Shown here: one piece after another, positions 50,292-60,790 of the stretch
Position numbering within the stretch: the first letter of the stretch is position 1
Layout of the letters: each line of letters begins with the position of its first letter
Assembly: GCA_016744065.1 (NCBI GenBank)
Contig: JADGFA010000002.1
Span: forward strand, 28,796-92,795
Source: Gammaproteobacteria bacterium
GTDB taxonomy: Bacteria > Pseudomonadota > Gammaproteobacteria > SZUA-229
Length of the DNA: 64,000 nucleotides
Direction of reading: 5' to 3'
Made by a program: the position numbers and the translations under genes
The notes under the pieces: model-generated
Seen by the model: only the letters and a program-made list of their open reading frames with translations
The model's database searches: none
What the model was told of the DNA's origin: nothing

Positions 50292-53261
50292 TTATTCTTC
50301 AGGAGCAAAACCACGACGTAATGTGTTTTCAGTAACGCAATAAGCGTGCATAAATTGAAGTAAATAATCCACACCACCTGCCTTGTTACCTGCGCCACTC
50401 ATTTTATGGCCGCCAAAAGGTTGTCTGCTAACCAGTGCTCCAGTGGTTTTTCTATTAAGGTAAAGGTTTCCCACATCAAAATTATTCCGCGCATATTGCA
50501 GGTTTGATGGTTGACGAGAATAAACACCACCCGTTAATGCGTAACGAGTATTGTTTGCAATCTCTATTGCCTGTTTAAAGCTGTCTGCTTTTATAACCGA
50601 TAATACAGGGCCAAATATTTCTTCCTGACCTAATGGTGATAAAGGGTCAACGTCAGTGAAGATACAGGGTTTTATATAAAAACCATTTTCTGAATTATTG
50701 TCGGCTATATAGTTGTGTGTAGAGGCTGTTTGCTGGCCATTTTTAATAGCCTGTAAAATAGCTTCAAATGCTTTTTTATCAATGACGGGGCCGAGTAAAT
50801 TATGTGCTTCTTCAGGGTTACCTATGGTCAGGCTGTTAGTGGTTTCGATAAGTCGCTTTATAAATTTTTCATAAATACTTTTTACCACAATTACTCTAGA
50901 TGTAGCGCTGCATTTTTGCCCCTGAAAACTAAAGGCTGAATGAGCAACACCCAGGACGGCATCATCAAGGTCAGCGTCACTGTCAATAACAATAGCATTT
51001 TTCCCTCCCATTTCAGCAATCACTTTTTTAATATGATGTTGCCCGGGTTGTATATGAGTGCCTATGCTTAGTAGTTTGGAACCAGTTTGTAATGAGCCTG
51101 TAAATGCGATGATATTAATGTCAGGTTTTCGAGCCAGGTATTCACCGATTATTTTTCCTGGTCCAGGGAGGAAGTTTATTACGCCATCAGGGATGCCAAC
51201 TTCGCGCCAGAGCTGTATGAATTTTGCTGCAATAACAGGTGTAAGGCTGGAGGGTTTTAGTATGCAGGTATTCCCGGTGACTATTGATGCGCTTAGCATT
51301 CCACATAAAATAGCCAATGGAAAGTTCCACGGAGGGATAACAAGGCTCACACCACGTGCTTTATAGTTTAAATGATTGTATTCACCACTAATGTTTATGC
51401 TGTTCCCTTTATTAATAAGCTCAGCTTGATCAGCATAATAATTGAGAAAATCAATGGCTTCACATACTTCGCTATCGGCTTCCTGCCAGTTCTTTCCCGC
51501 TTCGAATACCTGCCATGCTGCGAATTCAAAACGTTTTTTAATTAGCAGGTTAGCAACTCTACGTAAAAAATCGGCACGTTGTTTTACAGGGGTGTTTTTC
51601 CACAAAGGAAAAGATTGTACGGCAGCCTGTAATGCCGCATCAGCGTTTTTATGGCTGGAGCAGGAAACTTTTCCAATTAATTGAGAGGGTTTGGCAGGGT
51701 TGTATGAGTCGATGGTTTTATCTGTATATATCTCTTTTCCGTTAATGATAAGTGGAAAGTGTTCAGTGAATTTTCTACTCATATTTATTAATGCTTTATT
51801 AAAGTCATTGTGATCTTGCTGATCGATAAAGCGCAATAAGGGCGTGTTTTTAAAAATTAATTTGTTTTCAGATATTAATTGGAGTGATTTTTTTATATGT
51901 TCAGGAGGGTCAAAGCTGTGATTGTTAATTAATTTACTATGATCGTTAAAACCAGAGTCAATCATGCTTTGGCCACTGGCGTTTTCGAGTAATCGCCGAA
52001 CAAGGTATGCCATGCCAGGCAGTGTTTCACCAAAAGGAACATAGATGCGTAAACGATAGCCCAGATCAACTAGTGCTGGTTTTAATGGCTCAGCCATACC
52101 ATAGAGCATTTGAAATTCAAACTGGTCTTTATTTAAATTTAGTTTTTCGATTAAGGCCATTGAAAATGCAATACTTCTAGGGTTATGGGTTGCTATAGCA
52201 GTGTCAATGCTATGTTGTGAATTTAATAATAAGGTCAGGCATTTTTCATAATTGTAATCAGTTTCATTTTTATTTTTCCAGACAGGGCAGGGCCAGTTAT
52301 TTTGTTTGGCAATAACGGTTTCGTAATCCCAGTATGCACCACGAACAAGGCGAATGGTGACAGGTGCTGAACGATGACTAAGAAAGCTAATTAAGTTTTC
52401 AATATCGCCATAGGTGTCTTTTAGGTATGCCTGCATTGCCAGGCCGATATGAGGCCATGATTTAAACTCATCCTCCATGATTACTTTTTTAAAACAGTCA
52501 AATATGATGTTTTTTATATCATACTGTTCCATATCGATGGTAATGAAGGCGTTATTTTTAATAGCGGCTCTGAGTATGGGCCTAAGCCGTTTACAAATAG
52601 CTAAAATACTGGCCTGTGGTGAGACTGTTTGAATTTGTGAATAGAGGGATGAGAGTTTAAGTGAGAAATTGAGTCTTGGGGTGTCTTTACCGTGACTTAA
52701 ATCCAGTAGTGGGTTCTGGCTCCAGTTATTGACGGGTTCAGATAGTTTGTTCAGCATTTGTAGGTACTGCTGTTGATAGGCTTCACTTTCAACTTCTGAG
52801 ATAGTGGCTTCACCGAGTAAATCAAGGGTGAAATTCATTTTTTGATGACGCAACCGGCTAATACTGGTCATTGCATGGTGTAACTGGCTTCCGCCCATAA
52901 ACTTGCGTGCCAGGCCGCGTAATGTATAGCGTACTGTAGGTGCTGCTATGCGTGTCGCCCATTTGCTATCAGTGTGTTTCAGGCCCCATTTAGCAAAATA
53001 GGGGAGTTGCAAATCAGAGAAATATTCCTGTAAGTGCCTGGCGAGTATCTGGTCATCATCAAGGCTGGGTAATACATCAATAAAACGTAATGCCTGAATA
53101 CGAAAATCAGCTTCAGAAATGGTACGACTGATGAGCTGTTCTAACCAGTTGTATGTGTGGCCAGAAGTAGGAATATTGTTTGAAATTGCATTAGAAAAGC
53201 GTTTGCCGCAAATTTCAACCTGTTGCTGAAAAGATTCAGATTCTATGTGCTGCGTAGGCAT
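50292..53261 (-). CDS. putA: Bifunctional proline dehydrogenase / P5C dehydrogenase
   Basis: DLLGE, IRLVRGAYWDYE, ATHNPRS, YLVRRLLEN; PWNFPLAI, EMGGKN, GQKCSA, EEIFGP. Confidence 0.93.
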   Translation of the reverse strand: MPTQHIESESFQQQVEICGKRFSNAISNNIPTSGHTYNWLEQLISRTISEADFRIQALRFIDVLPSLDDDQILARHLQEYFSDLQLPYFAKWGLKHTDSKWATRIAAPTVRYTLRGLARKFMGGSQLHHAMTSISRLRHQKMNFTLDLLGEATISEVESEAYQQQYLQMLNKLSEPVNNWSQNPLLDLSHGKDTPRLNFSLKLSSLYSQIQTVSPQASILAICKRLRPILRAAIKNNAFITIDMEQYDIKNIIFDCFKKVIMEDEFKSWPHIGLAMQAYLKDTYGDIENLISFLSHRSAPVTIRLVRGAYWDYETVIAKQNNWPCPVWKNKNETDYNYEKCLTLLLNSQHSIDTAIATHNPRSIAFSMALIEKLNLNKDQFEFQMLYGMAEPLKPALVDLGYRLRIYVPFGETLPGMAYLVRRLLENASGQSMIDSGFNDHSKLINNHSFDPPEHIKKSLQLISENKLIFKNTPLLRFIDQQDHNDFNKALINMSRKFTEHFPLIINGKEIYTDKTIDSYNPAKPSQLIGKVSCSSHKNADAALQAAVQSFPLWKNTPVKQRADFLRRVANLLIKKRFEFAAWQVFEAGKNWQEADSEVCEAIDFLNYYADQAELINKGNSINISGEYNHLNYKARGVSLVIPPWNFPLAILCGMLSASIVTGNTCILKPSSLTPVIAAKFIQLWREVGIPDGVINFLPGPGKIIGEYLARKPDINIIAFTGSLQTGSKLLSIGTHIQPGQHHIKKVIAEMGGKNAIVIDSDADLDDAVLGVAHSAFSFQGQKCSATSRVIVVKSIYEKFIKRLIETTNSLTIGNPEEAHNLLGPVIDKKAFEAILQAIKNGQQTASTHNYIADNNSENGFYIKPCIFTDVDPLSPLGQEEIFGPVLSVIKADSFKQAIEIANNTRYALTGGVYSRQPSNLQYARNNFDVGNLYLNRKTTGALVSRQPFGGHKMSGAGNKAGGVDYLLQFMHAYCVTENTLRRGFAPEE

Positions 53262-53527
53262 AAGAGCGTTACCGTCAGAACTTTCTTATCCAGTTAATAG
53301 CTGTTTAATGTTATGGATGCAAGCTAGAAAGAGGTTGCTGCGATATGCGGTGTGTTTATTGAGTTATTAGAGGTCGTTTAATTAGTTTATTTTTAATCAG
53401 GAAAATTGTATTAAAATGTTAGTGAGATAGAGAAGATAAATTTAGTAGCAAGCACAGATTAAATGAAATTTAATCTGTTGAATTTATAAATTATGTATCT
53501 GTATTTTTTAGTGAAAATGACAGGGTT

Positions 53528-53800
53528 TTATTCTAAAAAAACCAGACCAATGCCGTCGGGTTCGTGTCTTACTACTTTTGCCCTGTTTACGGGGGGCTCT
53601 TCACCATCTCCTAATTGATTTTTAAGGCGAACTTTCACTTCGGTATCGACAGAAGGTAATTCAATTTCATCAAGAATCAGGTAAAGGCCACCATCACTGA
53701 TATTGCGGGTGCGGACATCAATTGTATCCTGCCCAGGAAGTGTGAGTTCGATATCGACAATAAGCCCAATGCGTAGGTGCTTTCTATTTTCAGCAGACAT
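53528..53800 (-). CDS. Stand-alone PilZ-domain protein
   Basis: RKHLR (RxxxR) and NISDGG (D/NxSxxG) intact. Confidence 0.9.
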   Translation of the reverse strand: MSAENRKHLRIGLIVDIELTLPGQDTIDVRTRNISDGGLYLILDEIELPSVDTEVKVRLKNQLGDGEEPPVNRAKVVRHEPDGIGLVFLE

Positions 53801-53843
53801 AATCTTTAATAATTTTTAATATATTAGTTACTAATAATAGCTG

Positions 53844-54314
53844 TCAATTTTGAATTTGCACAGATTTAAGTATTTGAGTGACATCTTTTAACCATTTTTC
53901 AAATGTAGGTTTTAATTCAGGCAGTTTGAAGAGGTCATTATATATCTTTGGGTTGGCACTAATGAGAATAGTATTTTCATTCTCGGCAAAAATGGCGATT
54001 TTTAATGGCAGGTAGGGTATTAACTGGGGGTACTTAAGGGAAAGCTGCTGTATTTGTTCGCCCTTGCCAAAAAAAACAACTCTGTATTTATCGGTTTTGT
54101 AGCCTTTTGCACTTAGACCCACATCCACGCGTTGTATACGGCTTAGTTCATATCCCTGGTGGCGTATAGCCTCCTGTAGTAAGGCCATGGTTTCAGGAAA
54201 TGCCTCTGATGAGCGAACCATAATCATCTTGCCCGTAACCACGGCATGGGCGTTGGCTGGTGTGAGCAGGCATAAAATAAAGCCTGAAAAGAGGAGTCTT
54301 CGGATGATGTTCAC
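53844..54314 (-). CDS. Secreted DUF302 protein
   Basis: Signal peptide (AHA); FPETMALLQEAI, YRVVFFG, YLPLKIAIF. Confidence 0.78.
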   Translation of the reverse strand: MNIIRRLLFSGFILCLLTPANAHAVVTGKMIMVRSSEAFPETMALLQEAIRHQGYELSRIQRVDVGLSAKGYKTDKYRVVFFGKGEQIQQLSLKYPQLIPYLPLKIAIFAENENTILISANPKIYNDLFKLPELKPTFEKWLKDVTQILKSVQIQN

Positions 54315-55384
54315 AGGCTGGCATCCTCTAATATACTGCTATAAACATCATGCATCTGATCACATGATTCATCTAGTGCGTCATTATTGAATAACTGGGT
54401 CAGGTGTTTTGGGTTTATGCTCATCATTTGAACCCTGTTATTTTGCTCAATGACGGTAATACGACAAGGTAAAAACATACCAGCACGTGGGTCAATCTTT
54501 AATGCATCATATAAAAAACTGAAATTACAGAAATATATAATCGTCTGTTTAGGGCTGTTTGTTGTTTCTATATTAAAGCCGTGGGTTAGCGCCTGATCTC
54601 GAATATGTACAAAGTTTGACCCGGTGATTGCGCGTTTTACATTTTCAACTGTTTCATCAAAAGAATAAGGCGAGTCTACAATTAAACTGGCAGGTTCTTC
54701 ATGATAGTTAGATTTATGAGTAATACTTTTTAATTGAAAACTACGAATGTAGCTAACCAGGTCATTAATATTTTTATCGCTAAGCCCAAGTGCTTTAGCG
54801 GATGGCATAGGCGTGTCTTTGCGACCATGGGTAATAATATAATGGAGCATAGAGTCTGTTGCTGAATTTAATAAACCCTGATTATTCAGAGCCGGGGGAG
54901 TAATAGCCAGGCCATCTGAACGTGAAAAATGCAAACCAGAGCCTTTGCCTCCTTGTGCATTATTACCGTGGCAAGTAGCGCATTTATTCTTGTATAAAAT
55001 CTTTCCTGCGTGTTTATCGGCTACTATTGGTTTTATGTCCCAAAGTGGAGCAGGTGCTTTGCGCCAGCTATCAAGAAAATGGATGATTTCATTTACATCC
55101 GATTCAGGCATTCGGTAAAAAGACGGCATAATCCTGTTTGGTCGACCGAGTCGAATGGTTTTTTTAATATAGTCATTTGATGCAGATTTAAGAAAACCAT
55201 CAAGTGAAAGGGGTATGCCCATCCCCCCCTGACCGTCATTACCATGGCAGATAGCACAGTTTTCAAGGTAGAGACTCTCACCCTTACTCTCCGCAATACT
55301 GAGCTGAAAAGAACTAAAGCAAGTGCATATCAATATCAGGGCGAGTTGAAAATAATGCCTGGGAATGGTTGTGTATGTATTCAT
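54311..55384 (-). CDS. Diheme cytochrome c fused to DUF302
   Basis: CAICH and CATCH with MPS distal Met motifs; C-terminal IYFCN, MFLPCRITV. Confidence 0.85.
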   Translation of the reverse strand: MNTYTTIPRHYFQLALILICTCFSSFQLSIAESKGESLYLENCAICHGNDGQGGMGIPLSLDGFLKSASNDYIKKTIRLGRPNRIMPSFYRMPESDVNEIIHFLDSWRKAPAPLWDIKPIVADKHAGKILYKNKCATCHGNNAQGGKGSGLHFSRSDGLAITPPALNNQGLLNSATDSMLHYIITHGRKDTPMPSAKALGLSDKNINDLVSYIRSFQLKSITHKSNYHEEPASLIVDSPYSFDETVENVKRAITGSNFVHIRDQALTHGFNIETTNSPKQTIIYFCNFSFLYDALKIDPRAGMFLPCRITVIEQNNRVQMMSINPKHLTQLFNNDALDESCDQMHDVYSSILEDASL

Positions 55385-55483
55385 CAGTTTCGCTATTATA
55401 ACATGTATATATAAGGGTTTTATGAAGTAAATCAAGTGAATAGGGTATGTATACTGGGAGCGTAAAGTTGTTATAGCATAGTA

Positions 55484-58400
55484 TCAGGCATCAGAAATGT
55501 CATTCCATAGTTTTTTAAGCCTTTTAGCTGAAACAGGTGTCAGTGTTTTAATCTCCTGTGCAAAAAGAGAAATACGGTACTCTTCCAGTAACCAGCGATA
55601 GTTTTCAAGCTGTCTGGATTGTCTATTGCTTTTAGCTAAAGAGTCAGCGCGTTTTTGGTATGCCGACCATAAGGATGAAATCTCTATTCTGGCTTTTCGG
55701 TCACGCTCTGGATTTGACTGTATTTTTTCAAGTCGCTTATCGATAGCTCTCAGGTAGCGGGTGAAATTATTCAGGTTTTCCTGCCTGGTTTCTAAAATAA
55801 AATTATTGTGCATTAGATTATTTAGCTGGTTTTGAATGTCAGCCATAGCATCTAGCCAGTTGAGAGGTGGGTTTTTAAGTTTTTTATTGAGCTGGTGAAA
55901 GAGCTCTAAAATATCAGTAAGTTGAAGGGTTGTCTCTGTTAGGAAAATATCAATATTTTTGCGGTTATCCAGCAGTTTTTTAAAATCATTTTCTGTTTCT
56001 GGCAAATGTTGAGTAAATAACTGATCGATTATACGGTAAAGTATTTGTGATTTAAGTTGCTCACAATTTCCAATTGGTAAATATTTAACACATAAATTTT
56101 GTTGTTTTTTTAGACTGGATTTTAAATTTTTAATGGGTTGAGAGAGTGAATTAATAAATAATAAACGAAGGCCATCATGATGTTGTTTTTGGGCATCGTG
56201 TTTTGAATTTATAATGCGTAAATCAACCTGTTTTCCGCTGGCAATAAGGGCTGGATAAGCTTTAATCGTTATTCCATTATTATTTATTTCAAAAAAATCT
56301 GGAATATTGTCGAGTATGCTGTAATCAACATCGTCCTGTTCCAGTTTATTGTGTTTCTCCACAGCGTGCCCAGGCTCAATGAAATTTGAAAATTCTTCCT
56401 GTAACAGAGTTAAATTTCTACTTGTTTTGAGTATGTCCCCTGTAACAGAAATGACCTGGTAGTTAAAAAATAGATGCTCTGGCAATTTGTTTTCCTGCCA
56501 GGCATCATAAGGTACTTCTGTTCCGGTTACTTTTTTTAAGTGACCAGACATGGCAGTTGTAAGGCCAGTTAAACCAGGTGTTAATGTATCGAAGCAGGCT
56601 TCAGCAAAATTAGGTGCAGGCACAAAGTTTTTTCTTAGTTGTTTTGGTAAAGAACGGATGAGTTCGATCATTTTTTCGAGCAGCATGCCGGGTACTAGCC
56701 AGTCACAACTGCTTGTGCTTAATGAGGCCAGTCCTGCTATGGGTGTGATTAAAGTAATGCCATCACAGTGGTGACTGGGATCAAAATGATATTCTAAAGG
56801 GAACTGAATATCATTTATTAGAATAGAGTCAGGAAATAAATTATCTGATACATGGTCTGCATCTTTTTTCATTAGACTATCTAAAGATAATAATAAGTTA
56901 TCTGTGTTGTTGTTTTTAACCCACTTATTTAACTGCGGGCCACTATAAATATCATCAGGTAGTTGTTGGTCATAAAAATCATATATATCATTCTCGTCAA
57001 CCAGAATATCCTGTCGCCTTGATTTGGCTTCAAGTTTTTCAATATCATTAATAAGGTCGCGATTTTTTTTATAAAAACCGTGATGACAGTCGAAGTCGCC
57101 CTGTACCAGAGCGCTACGTATAAAAATTTCACGTGATTCCACAGGGTTTACAGGGCCATAGTTTACTTTTTTACCGGGATTTACAAGTAAGCCAAACAGT
57201 GTTGATTTTTGAATGGCAGAAACCTGTGCAGATTTTTTCTCCCAATGAGCTTCGGTATAGTTATGCTTAATAAGGTGCTGTGCTTTACTAATTATCCATT
57301 GGGGTTCTATTTTAGCAAGGTGTCGAGCATAAACCTTTTGTGTTTCAACAATATCAGACGCAATAACCCATTTTGGTCCTCGATTAAACAGACCTGATCC
57401 TGGAAAAATATGAAATTTTCGCTGTCGACAACCCTGGTATTCATGGCCTTCGTCCTTAAAACCAGTTTGACTTAAAAAACCGGTGATGAGTGCTTTGTGA
57501 ATTTGATTATAGTCGGCACTAACAGAATTAATCTTTAAATTTAATTCATGTAACATTTTTTTAATCTGTTGGTGCGTATCTATCCATTCGCGCATACGCA
57601 TCCATGAAATAAAATTTTCTTTACACCATTTGCGTAATTGATTGCCAGATAATTCTTTTTTATTTGTATGGTACTTTTCCCATAAATTTAACCAGCTAAT
57701 AAAATCTGATCTATTATCAGTGAATTTTATATGTGCTTTATCTGCTGCCTGTTGTTTGTTAAGAGGTCGTTCACGAGGGTCTTGCACGGCAAGAGCAGAT
57801 ACGATAATTAATGTTTCAGTCAAACAGCTTTCTACTACTGATTCAATTAGAATACGGCCAAGTTTCGGGTCAATAGGTAAACGTGCTAATTTCTTACCGA
57901 TATCTGTTATTTTATTATGTTTATTAATAGCGCCAAGTTCATGTAATAATTTATAGCCATCTGTAATTAATCGGCTGTCTGGTGGTTCAACAAAAGGAAA
58001 CTCTTCTATATGACCTAATTTCATATGCTCCATTTGAAGAATAACGGCTGCTAGATTCGTGCGTTGAATTTCAGGTTCAGTAAATTCATTACGTAAATTG
58101 AAATCATCTTCCGAGTACAGTCGATAACAGACTCCCGCGCTTACCCGGCCACAACGCCCCTTACGTTGATTTGCAGAAGCCTGTGATATTCTTTCAATAG
58201 GCAGGCGCTGGATTTTGCTGCGCCATGAATAGCGAGAAATACGTGCAAATCCTGTGTCAATAACATACTTTATGCCGGGAACAGTGAGGGATGTTTCCGC
58301 AACATTGGTTGATAAAATAATACGTCGTTTGCCTGAGTTTCTGAAAATTTTATTTTGTTCGGCAGCAGATAAACGAGCCAGTAAGGGCAGGACCTCTGTA

Positions 58401-59353
58401 TTGTGTAAATTTTGTTTTGATAAAAAATCAGCGGTTTCACGAATGTCTCGTTCACCACTTAGAAATACCAGTATATCACCGCGATCATGGCGTGATATTT
58501 CATCAATACAGTCTGCAATTGAGCGTGTTAAGTCTTTTGCTTCAGTCTCTTCAGATTCTGTACTCCGATACTCAATACTGACGGGGTATGTTCTACCCGA
58601 TACCTCAATTACAGGGGCATTATTAAAGTGTTTAGAGAAGCGCTGGGGGTCAATAGTGGCTGAAGTAATTATTATTTTTAAATTACGTCGTTTAGAAATA
58701 AGTCTTTTTAAATAACCGAGTAAAAAGTCTATATTTAAACTGCGCTCATGTGCTTCATCAATGATAATACAGTCATATTGATTAAGAAAAGCATCGTGAT
58801 GGGTCTCAGATAAAAGAATACCATCCGTCATGAGTTTAACCAGGCTATTTTCATTGAGCGTATCGCTAAAGCGAACCTTGTAGCCAACTATTTTTCCTGG
58901 TTCTGTTTTTAGCTCTTCAGCAATACGGTTGGCAACAGAGCGGGCAGCCAGTCGTCGAGGTTGTGTGTGACCGATCATACCCTGTATTCCCAAACCTGCA
59001 TCAAGGCACATTTTAGGTAGTTGGGTTGTTTTTCCTGAACCTGTTTCACCACAGATAACAATGACCTGGTTTTTTTTAATAGCCTGAATGATTTCCTCAC
59101 GCTTCTGACTAACAGGCAGGTCTTCAGGATAAGTTGTATCGGGTTTATTTTGTAAGCGTAACTGGTACTGGGTGGTCGATTTGTCGACTTGTTTTTGTAA
59201 GTTGACAAGTAACTGCTCTACGGGTTTACTTGCACTGAGGTGTGACTGGATGTTCTGAATTTTTCGCCTGATTGTAAACTGGTCTTTCAGCATGGTCTGC
59301 GGAAGTAATTTTTTTAATAGCTCAACTTGTTTTTTAGGCGACATACTCATCAT
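55484..59353 (-). CDS. hrpA: ATP-dependent RNA helicase HrpA
   Basis: GETGSGKTTQLPK, DEAHERS, SAT, QRKGRCGR, EEYRISLFAQ. Confidence 0.96.
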   Translation of the reverse strand: MMSMSPKKQVELLKKLLPQTMLKDQFTIRRKIQNIQSHLSASKPVEQLLVNLQKQVDKSTTQYQLRLQNKPDTTYPEDLPVSQKREEIIQAIKKNQVIVICGETGSGKTTQLPKMCLDAGLGIQGMIGHTQPRRLAARSVANRIAEELKTEPGKIVGYKVRFSDTLNENSLVKLMTDGILLSETHHDAFLNQYDCIIIDEAHERSLNIDFLLGYLKRLISKRRNLKIIITSATIDPQRFSKHFNNAPVIEVSGRTYPVSIEYRSTESEETEAKDLTRSIADCIDEISRHDRGDILVFLSGERDIRETADFLSKQNLHNTEVLPLLARLSAAEQNKIFRNSGKRRIILSTNVAETSLTVPGIKYVIDTGFARISRYSWRSKIQRLPIERISQASANQRKGRCGRVSAGVCYRLYSEDDFNLRNEFTEPEIQRTNLAAVILQMEHMKLGHIEEFPFVEPPDSRLITDGYKLLHELGAINKHNKITDIGKKLARLPIDPKLGRILIESVVESCLTETLIIVSALAVQDPRERPLNKQQAADKAHIKFTDNRSDFISWLNLWEKYHTNKKELSGNQLRKWCKENFISWMRMREWIDTHQQIKKMLHELNLKINSVSADYNQIHKALITGFLSQTGFKDEGHEYQGCRQRKFHIFPGSGLFNRGPKWVIASDIVETQKVYARHLAKIEPQWIISKAQHLIKHNYTEAHWEKKSAQVSAIQKSTLFGLLVNPGKKVNYGPVNPVESREIFIRSALVQGDFDCHHGFYKKNRDLINDIEKLEAKSRRQDILVDENDIYDFYDQQLPDDIYSGPQLNKWVKNNNTDNLLLSLDSLMKKDADHVSDNLFPDSILINDIQFPLEYHFDPSHHCDGITLITPIAGLASLSTSSCDWLVPGMLLEKMIELIRSLPKQLRKNFVPAPNFAEACFDTLTPGLTGLTTAMSGHLKKVTGTEVPYDAWQENKLPEHLFFNYQVISVTGDILKTSRNLTLLQEEFSNFIEPGHAVEKHNKLEQDDVDYSILDNIPDFFEINNNGITIKAYPALIASGKQVDLRIINSKHDAQKQHHDGLRLLFINSLSQPIKNLKSSLKKQQNLCVKYLPIGNCEQLKSQILYRIIDQLFTQHLPETENDFKKLLDNRKNIDIFLTETTLQLTDILELFHQLNKKLKNPPLNWLDAMADIQNQLNNLMHNNFILETRQENLNNFTRYLRAIDKRLEKIQSNPERDRKARIEISSLWSAYQKRADSLAKSNRQSRQLENYRWLLEEYRISLFAQEIKTLTPVSAKRLKKLWNDISDA

Positions 59354-59539
59354 GAATGTTGTTTGTGTGTAAGGTTTAATAATTGTATTTATACAGGCAG
59401 AAATTTTTTTTTAAATGATTGTATTAAATATGGGCTATATAGATAGAAACATATTCTACTTCCAGGTTATGTTGGCCTGGGCTAGGTGCCGTTTAAGCGA
59501 TTGTTAATTTTTTAACTCATTTTATCTGGTGATTTAATA

Positions 59540-60085
59540 GTGACGTGTAAAACAGCGATTATACAGTTTTTAAAGCATATTTCGGAGATACTTCTGGTAC
59601 TTACGTTATTTTTTCCATTTTTTGTGAAAGCCGCTTCAGATCGGGCCTGGCCAATAATTACATTCACTTGTGATAAAGCTAAAAATGAGGTGAAACTGAA
59701 AAATGAAGTGAAGTGGGGGGAAACCGGGAGGGATTTTGCATTTGATGCTGGGCAGGGTACTTATAACCCCTGGTCCCTGGTTGCATTTGAGGACTATGGA
59801 AAAAGGCGCCTGACTTCAGAAAAAACACAGCTTAACCTTGTCTGTAAGCTGGGTGAGATTGAATATAAATTTGTTATTAAGCCTAAAATATTTAATACCA
59901 ATTTCTATGGCAAATGTGGAGATCGTCTGTCGGTTAATGTAAGCGTCTATGAAAACACATCGAAGTTACTAGGTGATAAGGCGATGGTGGCTTTCTGTCA
60001 TGGTAATTCACCTGTCCTAAGAGGGATTAAAGTAAAAGATAGCAAGGTGAAGTTTTATGAAGTTGCCCGTAGTCGTTTTTATTAG
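59540..60085 (+). CDS. Secreted hypothetical protein
   Basis: Signal-like hydrophobic stretch; four Cys in the mature part; start uncertain. Confidence 0.6.
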   Translation: MTCKTAIIQFLKHISEILLVLTLFFPFFVKAASDRAWPIITFTCDKAKNEVKLKNEVKWGETGRDFAFDAGQGTYNPWSLVAFEDYGKRRLTSEKTQLNLVCKLGEIEYKFVIKPKIFNTNFYGKCGDRLSVNVSVYENTSKLLGDKAMVAFCHGNSPVLRGIKVKDSKVKFYEVARSRFY

Positions 60086-60790
60086 GGTATATGGTGTATT
60101 TAAGCGGTAAGCCAGAAAAGCTTAAGCATGGACGATTCATTAAAACACCTTATCTACAAAAAAAGAAAATTTCTAATATTACAGAATCATTATGTTTAAA
60201 CCTACTGCGTTAATTTGACATAATGCCATTCAAAGCAGTGGCCCTCATAGGGAGGATATTTGAATGAATACATAATGAGCTGATTAGTGCCTCAGCAGGC
60301 TGATCTTTTTTTGTAAAATGCTTCATTTAGTGCATTAGTAACGAATTGTCTCCCAGAGGTTTTTCTGTAATCTTACTTTGTTGTCTTTCTTAAGTATGAT
60401 GTCATCTTAAGAGAAGTACCCTGCTAGATGCCCCATACCTTTTTTATTCACCCACCGTCTGTCGTTTTCCCAGGATAGAAACACCATGCCTCCGTGTTGG
60501 GTGCTTATACCTGACCGGACTCAGGTATTCTGCCAAAATCACATTGGTTTATGTTTAAAAAGAGGTGCTTTCTATATATAACAACGATGTAATGTATAGA
60601 AAACTGAAAAAACTATACATTACATATCCATAGATAATATAAGGTAATAAGAAATAAGACGAACTTTTAGATGTAACTACCTAAAACTATAAAAGTTTCC
60701 GACATAAGAATCACGCTATATCGAAAACTATGCAAGAATTGGGCATAAGAGAAGGCCAAAGAAGTAGGCCAAATTAGAACAGGAAAAAAC

